Positions 7,317 through 14,508 of a stretch of 32,000 nucleotides of DNA are shown piece after piece. Below the pieces are notes generated by a model. That model was not told where the DNA came from. It saw only the letters and a list, made by a program, of their open reading frames with translations, and did no database searches. Source of the stretch: Mucisphaera calidilacus (GTDB taxonomy: Bacteria; Planctomycetota; Phycisphaerae; Phycisphaerales; Phycisphaeraceae); NCBI RefSeq assembly GCF_007748075.1, contig NZ_CP036280.1, positions 1,680,001-1,712,000 of the forward strand, given 5' to 3'. A program made the position numbers and the translations under genes. How positions within the stretch are numbered: the stretch's first letter is position 1; every line of letters starts with the position of its first letter.

Positions 7317-9560
7317 TCAACAACGCTGCCGCGACGGCTGTCTCCGGATCGCACACCCACTCAGCACCAGGACACTCAGCGAAGAGGGTGCCGGGATCGT
7401 CGGGTCGGAAGAGCTGCTGAAGGTACGCCGCTCACCAAAATGGCTCGCGAGGATCGACAGATCCAGCAGGTCTACCCTCTGATCGCCATTGAAATCGCCA
7501 TCCGACCACGTGTAAAGACCAGGCCGGTTGTAACTCGACGCGAGAATAGAGAGATCAAGAAGATCGACCTTCCCGCTCTCGTTCGCGTCGCCGGGAATCG
7601 GCGGAATCGTCACCAGCACGTCGCGATTCACGCCCGCCCACGCATAGAACGCAGCTAACTCCGCCGTGTAGCCACTTAAATCCATGAAAGGCAGATCACC
7701 CTCGTTGCCGTAGAAGGGACTATCCTCGGCAGGCAGAAAGACGAGCCTCGCCATATCCTGAAATCGTGGATCAGCGAACGTCGGATCGATCTCCTCGCTC
7801 CCATTCGTAGCCAGAAACGCCAACCATTCCTCAAGAGTCCCCTCGCCGTAGTTGAAACCGCTGTTCTTACGCCACGCGAACGCCTTGTCCGGGTTCTCTG
7901 CAAAGTACGTGTTGCCGATGCCAGTCCAGCCATGCTGAGCCGCTGCCCAGAGATCCGGGTAAGTGGACGCATTGAACTGGTTGTGATTGTTGACCGCCGC
8001 GGCCTCGCCCTCGCCGTAGACAATCGAGTCTTCGACCGTCAGGGGGCCCGGACGATAGAACTCACCAGTGACGTTCGATCGGCCACGACCATACGATACG
8101 AAGTAGACCGCATCACTGTTCCGATCAGGGCCGCCGAGAATAATGCTGTCCGAGATCGTCACGTCCTCAGCCATCAGCGACCGGACCGACGCATCGCCCT
8201 CATCGGGCATGGCCAGAAGAGCACGCTCGATGGTGAACGGGCCCTGACTGATTTCGAGGAACAGGTTCCGTGTGTTGTAGACACTGACCAGATCCTCGAT
8301 CACCACGTCCTGAACGTCAATATCAAACCACAGCCCCGCACCCACATTACCGATGACCTCCAGATCACGGATGCGAACACCCTCCATACTGGCCCACTTC
8401 ATACCCCCAGTGTACCACCCGGGCTGACCACCAAGAGCCCCGTCACGCCAGTTGTTGTAATTGGCGGTATTACTTTCGTAAACAACGTCCGACGCCTTCT
8501 GAAGGCTGAAACCCTGCGAGCCGTTGTAATCGAAGTGCGAGTTGCGAACCGTCACGCCCGAGACATTCTCAATCCGGATGCCCTCAGCGGAATTCCAGCG
8601 GCTGGTCACCCCGTCAAAGAGAATATTGGAACTCAGGCTGTTCGGATTGCTCTGAAACCCGTCAAAGATGATCACGCCCTCACGGTCCTGACCCCCGCTC
8701 GTACGGGTGACGTGGTTGGCAGCGTGCTGGAAGGTCAGATTGCGGAAGGCGATCTGATCCTTGCCGTTCATCTCAAAGAGCTTGCTGCGCGTCGAAGCCT
8801 CAACCAGAGCGTCAGCGGGATTCGCGTTCTCGGGCAGACGCACGTACAGGCGGTCACCCCAGGCATGATCGCTACGTTCCGCGACACCGAACTGACCCGG
8901 CTGCAACGTCGTCGTCGGGTTCACGACACCGGTGTACGTCCAGCGGCTCTGCCCCGACCCATCGTTCGCAAAGTCGTACTGCTCGATCAGAGCCGGACGC
9001 AGCGCCGACCCGTTCACGATGACCTGCTCCGCGCGGTGCGCGAGAACAGAATCGTCCGGCGCGTAGCCCGCCTGCCAGTAAGTGTCGTTCCCGATGTTGT
9101 GCGTCCAAGGCGTCGAATAGACCCCGTTGCCCTCGTATTGCCAGCCGGTCATCACGTCGGCGCCGCTGATCACGACGCCCGGCCCGGAGCCCTCGATCAG
9201 CAGCGGCGTGTTCTTGCGGTTCGCGCTGCTGTTGACCCAGAGATGACTGCCCATGCTCTGCCGGTACGTGCCCGGATGAATCAGAACCCGGGCCCCAATG
9301 CCCGCGTCGAGATCGTTGCGGGCCCGCAGGATCGCCGACTCAATCGAGCCGAAAGGATCACCCTCGCTGCCGGTCGTGCCCGGCGATGTCGAACCATGGA
9401 TATCAACGTGGTACGTGTTCACGATCGCCGACGCGTTGAAGTTCGCGCCATCAACAACCGCATCGGCTTGCCCCGATACGCAGCCCAACGCGAACAGCGC
9501 AAACACAAACACGCCACGCCGGGTCGCTGCCTTCAGATCATGCACGTCGGATCGATTCAT
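7317..9560 (-). CDS. Secreted right-handed beta-helix protein with a C-terminal dockerin-type repeat pair and a PEP-CTERM-like sorting signal
   Basis: I chose the ATG at 9560 because GGAGAA lies 6 nt upstream. The signal peptide is MNRSDVHDLKAATRRGVFVFALFALGCVSGQADA. Beta-helix motifs include GTYRQ, IEGSG, RNSHFDYNGSQG, NNWRDG, GGMKW and YNTRNLFLEI. The C-terminal tail reads GDANESGKVDLLDLSILASSY...GDFNGDQRVDLLDLSILASHF followed by IPAPSSLSVLVLSGCAIRRQPSRQRC. Confidence 0.8.
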   Translation of the reverse strand: MNRSDVHDLKAATRRGVFVFALFALGCVSGQADAVVDGANFNASAIVNTYHVDIHGSTSPGTTGSEGDPFGSIESAILRARNDLDAGIGARVLIHPGTYRQSMGSHLWVNSSANRKNTPLLIEGSGPGVVISGADVMTGWQYEGNGVYSTPWTHNIGNDTYWQAGYAPDDSVLAHRAEQVIVNGSALRPALIEQYDFANDGSGQSRWTYTGVVNPTTTLQPGQFGVAERSDHAWGDRLYVRLPENANPADALVEASTRSKLFEMNGKDQIAFRNLTFQHAANHVTRTSGGQDREGVIIFDGFQSNPNSLSSNILFDGVTSRWNSAEGIRIENVSGVTVRNSHFDYNGSQGFSLQKASDVVYESNTANYNNWRDGALGGQPGWYTGGMKWASMEGVRIRDLEVIGNVGAGLWFDIDVQDVVIEDLVSVYNTRNLFLEISQGPFTIERALLAMPDEGDASVRSLMAEDVTISDSIILGGPDRNSDAVYFVSYGRGRSNVTGEFYRPGPLTVEDSIVYGEGEAAAVNNHNQFNASTYPDLWAAAQHGWTGIGNTYFAENPDKAFAWRKNSGFNYGEGTLEEWLAFLATNGSEEIDPTFADPRFQDMARLVFLPAEDSPFYGNEGDLPFMDLSGYTAELAAFYAWAGVNRDVLVTIPPIPGDANESGKVDLLDLSILASSYNRPGLYTWSDGDFNGDQRVDLLDLSILASHFGERRTFSSSSDPTIPAPSSLSVLVLSGCAIRRQPSRQRC
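7320..7592 (-). repeat. Domain-level module: dockerin-type EF-hand repeat pair (7437-7592) plus PEP-CTERM-like tail (7320-7397, PAP variant)
   Basis: The segment VDLLDLSILAS occurs twice, each time preceded by a D-x-N-x-(D/S)G loop. The tail is IPAPSS, a hydrophobic stretch, then an Arg-rich end. Confidence 0.75.
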
Positions 9561-9623
9561 GGTTGTTCTCCAGAACACAAGAGGCAACATCAACACCGTC
9601 TCAGCACCAGCGCCAAGCCACGC

Positions 9624-10589
9624 TCACCACTCCCGGCAGGCCCGCATCAGGTCATCCATCTGCGCGATGGCAACACACTGAACATAGTCAGCACCGCCGT
9701 AATAAAGCTTCACCGAACCGTCAGGCTCAACGATCTGTGAACACGGGAAGCAGACGTGCTCGACGTGACCGGTCATCTCGTAATCAGCCTCAGGCCAGAG
9801 CACGGGATACTTCGTCACGTGCCTGACCTTCCAGGGCTCGTCCCTGTCCAGGATCGCGGCACCGACCGTGTACTCACGCGTCGTGGCGTTATTCATGATG
9901 GCATGGAAACACATCAGCCACCCCTCATCCGTGAGGTAGGGGACCGTCGACGGACCCAGACCCGCATCGCAATACAGCGGCATATCGGTGTTACGCAGCA
10001 CCTCGTAGCTATCGCCCCAGTGAACAAGGTCGGGCGAGAAGCTCATCCAGATGTTGCCCTTGCCGCCCGCGCTGGCGAGATTCGGACGCTCGAGCCGGAT
10101 GTACCGACCGTCCGCCGTCTTCCCGGGAAACAGCACCATGTTGCGGTTGTCGGGCGCGTTGAACCAGTGCGAGAACGTCAGCGTCTCCAGGTCGGGCGAC
10201 GTAAAACAGGCCACACGCGTCTCGCGCGGATTCTGGCAGGCCACCAGAACCTTGTACTCGTCGTCGATCCACGTGATACGCGGATCGTAGTAAACCAGCG
10301 ATGCCGCGTAATCCCACTCGGGCGTGTCCGGAACCTTGTAAGGCTGATCACGCAGCTTCCAGCTCAGGCCGTCGTCAGAATCGGCCGGCCACATCAGCGT
10401 CTCCATGTTCACCTGATTGCAACGGGTGATCATGATGTAAGGCGAACGAGCGTTCTTGTGCTCGGTCTTCACAGCACTGCTGTTGTAGACCGAACGCATA
10501 CGCCAGGGAAAATCCCGATGCGTGAGAACCGGGTTGTTCTCGTAGCGTCGAAAGACTTCGTGATCGATGGGGATGACCGGCCAGCTCAA
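9624..10589 (-). CDS. Glycoside hydrolase family 130 protein (beta-mannoside phosphorylase/hydrolase family), short form
   Basis: The 321-aa product has the motifs YENNPVL, VYNSSAV, NRNMVLFP, GLGPST and a C-terminal KLYYGGAD, which are typical of GH130 five-bladed propellers. No signal peptide is present. The start is a TTG at 10589, with AAGGA 9 nt upstream. Confidence 0.75.
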   Translation of the reverse strand: MSWPVIPIDHEVFRRYENNPVLTHRDFPWRMRSVYNSSAVKTEHKNARSPYIMITRCNQVNMETLMWPADSDDGLSWKLRDQPYKVPDTPEWDYAASLVYYDPRITWIDDEYKVLVACQNPRETRVACFTSPDLETLTFSHWFNAPDNRNMVLFPGKTADGRYIRLERPNLASAGGKGNIWMSFSPDLVHWGDSYEVLRNTDMPLYCDAGLGPSTVPYLTDEGWLMCFHAIMNNATTREYTVGAAILDRDEPWKVRHVTKYPVLWPEADYEMTGHVEHVCFPCSQIVEPDGSVKLYYGGADYVQCVAIAQMDDLMRACREW

Positions 10590-10615
10590 GGTGCACTATC
10601 CTTCAAAAAGGGATA

Positions 10616-11983
10616 CTAAATATGAACAATCTCTCCGGGACGCGGGATGCCCCCGACACCCTCGCGCAGAGCGTCCTCCGTCCGATCCATCCACCCTTCC
10701 AGAGCCTCAACGAGCTCACGGTAGGTCGCCTCGTAACCCGCTTCACCCGCAACATTCTCACGCTCATACGGATCACGACGCAGGTCAAATAGCATGTCGA
10801 ACGCCCGCACACCCTCACCCGATGCCGCCTCCACCGGCGTAGCCTCAGCGATGTAATCCAACGCACCCGCCGACTCCATCGCGTCATGGATCGGCCGACG
10901 GTCCCAGTTGCTGCGCACGGCGTCCACATCGGTCCACCACCGCCGGATCAGCTTGTAATCACGCGTCCGCACGCAACGCTCCGGCTGCGGGCCGCCGTGG
11001 ATGTTCAATTCCGCAAAGACGTGCTCGTGGATCGCGTCGGTCTCATGCTTCACCAACGGCATCAAAGACGCGCCCTCGAGCCAGTCGGGCCGCGGAACGC
11101 CGCACGCCTCGCAAAGCGTCGGGTACAGATCCAGGTGCGTCACCATCCCCTCGATCTGCCCGGCTCCATCAAAACCCGGGCCGCTGATCATGAGCATCAC
11201 CTCGAGACCACCATCGCGAAGACTGCACTTGTGAAGCGGCAGGCTCACACCGTGATCCGTCGTCACGACAAGAATCGTGTTCTCCGACATGTTGAGCCGG
11301 TCTAACGTCCGCACGATCTTGCCGACCGCCGTATCAAAACGGGCCACCAGAACATTGTGATGCGCCTGCCAGAGCCTGGCCTCGGGCGAGTCCGCAAGCC
11401 CCGCCGGCACACCCGCCACCTCGATGTCCGCTTCGGCAGGCACGTACTTCTTCTCAAGCGATCGCCACGAACCGACATGCGTCTCGATGAAACCGACGTC
11501 CAGGAACCAGGGCTCATCACTCTGCCGATGGTCGTGCAGCCAACGCACCACGTCAGGCGTCAACGCGCTCGTCAGACGCACCGGATCGTTCTCACCCGCA
11601 TAAGCCTGCGGCCGCGTGATCGCCTCGCGCACCTCACGGTATCCCAGCTCCACCTCACTGCGATGCAGGTGCTGGACCCCGAGGATCGCCGTGTGATAGC
11701 CCGCGTCACGGAAGGCCCATGCCATCGCCCGCTGCGGGTTGGGCAACTCGTAGCCCAGATTCGCAAGACCCCACTGGCCGCACTGATGCGGGTACTGTCC
11801 CGTCAGCAGGCCCGCACGGCTCGGCGAGCAGGTCGGGCCCACGCAGAAAGCGTTCCCGAAGGTCGCGCCACGATCGGACAGAGCCTGCAGGTTCGGCGAG
11901 AAGACGTCGTGCCCATAAGGCTGCACACGCCGACCCGTATCGTGCGTATGCATGTAGATGACGTTCGGCCGCGACGCGCTCAT
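10616..11983 (-). CDS. Cys-type sulfatase (formylglycine-dependent, S1 family), no signal peptide
   Basis: The 455-aa product begins MSASRPNVIYMHTHD and carries the C-x-P-x-R motif CSPSRAGLLTG. The segment TTDHG lies downstream. Its ATG overlaps the stop of the upstream fucosidase (ATGA at 11980-11983). Confidence 0.9.
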   Translation of the reverse strand: MSASRPNVIYMHTHDTGRRVQPYGHDVFSPNLQALSDRGATFGNAFCVGPTCSPSRAGLLTGQYPHQCGQWGLANLGYELPNPQRAMAWAFRDAGYHTAILGVQHLHRSEVELGYREVREAITRPQAYAGENDPVRLTSALTPDVVRWLHDHRQSDEPWFLDVGFIETHVGSWRSLEKKYVPAEADIEVAGVPAGLADSPEARLWQAHHNVLVARFDTAVGKIVRTLDRLNMSENTILVVTTDHGVSLPLHKCSLRDGGLEVMLMISGPGFDGAGQIEGMVTHLDLYPTLCEACGVPRPDWLEGASLMPLVKHETDAIHEHVFAELNIHGGPQPERCVRTRDYKLIRRWWTDVDAVRSNWDRRPIHDAMESAGALDYIAEATPVEAASGEGVRAFDMLFDLRRDPYERENVAGEAGYEATYRELVEALEGWMDRTEDALREGVGGIPRPGEIVHI

Positions 11984-13356
11984 GACGCACCCCCACGGTC
12001 ACCAAGCGCCGTCTCGGGCTCCAGCCGGATCTCGAGCGTCACCACGCTGTCATCATCGCCGCAGTGACGCGGCATCATCACCGTCCACTCGTCCGGCTTG
12101 CGACTCAGATGTGAGCCCCGAACAAAACGAACGTCCGAACCGTCATCCATCAGCGTGATACGGGCGATCCTGTAGCCATCCATCGCGGGCAACGAGAGCA
12201 ACCCGTCAACCGACGAACGCAGCACGTGCGCATACAACGTGTCCCCACGCTGCGTATACGCCACACGCCACTTGAAGCTGTCCGTAAACCAGCGGTGAAC
12301 CGGCTCGCCACGACTCGAGATCACCATCGGACCCGTGCCGTAGACACTCTCCCCCTGCCGGCTCAGCCAGCGACCCGTGCCCCGCAGCACGTCGCCATAC
12401 CACGGCTCCGGAAACTCGCCACGCGCCGTCGGCCCGATATTCAGCAGCAGATTGCCACCCTTCGAGGCGATCTCCGCAATGCTCTCCATCACCGCACGCG
12501 GGCTGCGGTACGACCGATCGTCCCGGCAGTAACCCCAGTGCTCGTTGAGACACATGCAACTCTCCCACCGGACCGGACGACCCGACGCGTCACGAAGACC
12601 CCGCGGAGGAATCTTGTTCTCCGGCGTGATGATGTCAGGCAGCAGATCCGGATCCTCGATCTCAGCGTCACCCAGCACCAGCCTGTCATTCACCAGGATG
12701 TCTGGCTGCAACGCTCGGATACGACGCATCAGCCGCGCGCCGTCGTACGCCTCCGCGCCGGCTCGCCGAACATCAAACCAGAGCAGGTCAATCTTGCCGT
12801 AGCCCGTCAGCAACTCCTCAACCTGACCGTGCAGGTACGCAATCCCCGCTGCGCTCGGCCGCCACGCATCCGGATCCTCACTGAACCCCGCGTGACCCTC
12901 GGCATCAATCCCCGCCATCCCACCGTCCAACCCCGCGTGCCAGAGGTCCCAGATCGAATAGTAAACACCAAAACGCAAGCCGACCGCACGCACCGCATCC
13001 GCAACCTCGGCAACTACATCCCTGCCCAGAGGCGTGCGGGTAACCTTCCAGTCGGTGTGCCGCGAATCAAACATGCAGAAGCCGTCGTGATGCTTCGCCG
13101 TCAGAACGACATACTTCGCTCCCGACGCAGCGACCTGCTCTGCCCAGGCCTCGGGATCAAAACGGTCCGCAACAAAACGCTCCGCGTAACCGCGATAAAC
13201 CTCCTTCGGCACAGCGTCGCGATAGATCTCCCACTCGCCCCGAGCCGAAACCGCGTATACCCCCCAGTGGATGAAAATCCCAAAACGCGCATCGTCAAAC
13301 CATGCCTGTCCGGGCCTAGGCGTCGCGGTGCGAGGGCAGGGGACCGAATCACTCAT
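11980..13356 (-). CDS. Alpha-L-fucosidase, glycoside hydrolase family 29
   Basis: The 458-aa product has the motifs FGIFIHWGVYAV, KYVVLTAKHHDGFCMFDS and GGNLLLNIGP. No signal peptide is present. Its start overlaps the stop of the upstream GH130 gene (ATGA at 13353-13356). Confidence 0.9.
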   Translation of the reverse strand: MSDSVPCPRTATPRPGQAWFDDARFGIFIHWGVYAVSARGEWEIYRDAVPKEVYRGYAERFVADRFDPEAWAEQVAASGAKYVVLTAKHHDGFCMFDSRHTDWKVTRTPLGRDVVAEVADAVRAVGLRFGVYYSIWDLWHAGLDGGMAGIDAEGHAGFSEDPDAWRPSAAGIAYLHGQVEELLTGYGKIDLLWFDVRRAGAEAYDGARLMRRIRALQPDILVNDRLVLGDAEIEDPDLLPDIITPENKIPPRGLRDASGRPVRWESCMCLNEHWGYCRDDRSYRSPRAVMESIAEIASKGGNLLLNIGPTARGEFPEPWYGDVLRGTGRWLSRQGESVYGTGPMVISSRGEPVHRWFTDSFKWRVAYTQRGDTLYAHVLRSSVDGLLSLPAMDGYRIARITLMDDGSDVRFVRGSHLSRKPDEWTVMMPRHCGDDDSVVTLEIRLEPETALGDRGGAS

Positions 13357-14504
13357 AGCGTCACTGCCGCTCCTGCCCCGGCCGGCGCTGACAGACCGGA
13401 CACGTCAACACGCTCGCCAGGCTTGGGCGACGCCGCCGCAACAGCGATATAGGAATCGGCCGTGCCGTAGTAGATCAGCCATTGACCTCGGTGAAACACC
13501 AGCCCCTCGATAAACGTCACCTTGCCGATCTGCCCCTCCAGCTCGTAAGGCTGATCCGGCTTGATAAACGGCTCATCGGCCCGGTCCAGCATCCGGGTCG
13601 GATCGTTCGCGTCAAAGAGAGCCTGCACCCCGGCCCAGACATTACCGAACGGCGGCCCCTCAGGCGTCGGCACACGCTCCTGCTCCGGCAGCGGATTCGA
13701 GATGCCGTTGTACATAACCACGATCCCGTGCTCGGTCAGAATCGCAGCGGCACCCCCCTCCACAGCAAGATTATCCGTCGCGCTGTACCGCTCCTCAGGC
13801 CGGGGCCCCATCACCACCAGGTCACGGCCATCCTCGTCCAGCACACGCTCCCAGTGAATCAGATTGTCCGACACCGCGACACGCAGCTGCTCGACGCCCC
13901 AGTACATCCAGTACTTCCCGTTGATCCGCGTCGCCACCAGCCGATCATCCACCAGCCGCGAAACGATCTTGCCCGCCTTGAAACCCACACCCCCCTGACG
14001 CTCGCCATCAAGACCCGCCATCAGACCGTGCTTGGTCCAGTGCAACAGATCACGCGACGTCGCCAGGCACTGCTTGCCCGAAATCACGCCGTTGTACGCG
14101 TTGTACGTCATGTAATAAGTCCGGTCCTCGTCCTCGACAATACGCGGATCCTCAACGCCGCCCTCACGCTCGAAACACAAGAAGCTGTCGTTGTCCGGGT
14201 ACAGCACCGGACAACTGTGCCGCTCGAAAGTAATGCCGTCCTCACTCACCGCCAGACCGATCCGCGACGTCCCCTTGTACCTGCCCACGTGATCCTCAGC
14301 CCGATACAAAAGATAGACCCTGCCGTGACGCGTCACCGCGCAGGGGTTGAACACGTCCTTCGCCTCCCAGTCAACAAGCTCCTCGCGCACCGGGCAATAG
14401 AAACGCGTCGACGGCTCCGGCCCCATGATCGGGTTGACCGCATGGCACTTCTCAAAAGGACCGATCTGCCATTCAGGATAGCTAGACAAAACGAACTCCT
14501 GCAT
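13353..14504 (-). CDS. Glycoside hydrolase family 130 protein, long form
   Basis: Motifs include VFNPCAV, TSRIGLAVSEDGITFER, GGVEDPRIV, YYMTYNAY, LATSRDLLHWTK and IYYGTAD. I preferred the ATG at 14504 (MQEFVLSSYPEW) because it lies 4 nt after the upstream stop. The track start at 14564 would overlap the upstream gene. Confidence 0.75.
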   Translation of the reverse strand: MQEFVLSSYPEWQIGPFEKCHAVNPIMGPEPSTRFYCPVREELVDWEAKDVFNPCAVTRHGRVYLLYRAEDHVGRYKGTSRIGLAVSEDGITFERHSCPVLYPDNDSFLCFEREGGVEDPRIVEDEDRTYYMTYNAYNGVISGKQCLATSRDLLHWTKHGLMAGLDGERQGGVGFKAGKIVSRLVDDRLVATRINGKYWMYWGVEQLRVAVSDNLIHWERVLDEDGRDLVVMGPRPEERYSATDNLAVEGGAAAILTEHGIVVMYNGISNPLPEQERVPTPEGPPFGNVWAGVQALFDANDPTRMLDRADEPFIKPDQPYELEGQIGKVTFIEGLVFHRGQWLIYYGTADSYIAVAAASPKPGERVDVSGLSAPAGAGAAVTL

Positions 14505-14508
14505 CACG

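Noticed and set aside
7932-9740. 602-aa plus-strand ORF
   Set aside because: It is antisense to the beta-helix/dockerin gene and even spans the intergenic gap into the GH130 gene. The product is Arg-rich and low in information, which is typical of stop-codon depletion in high-GC antisense frames.
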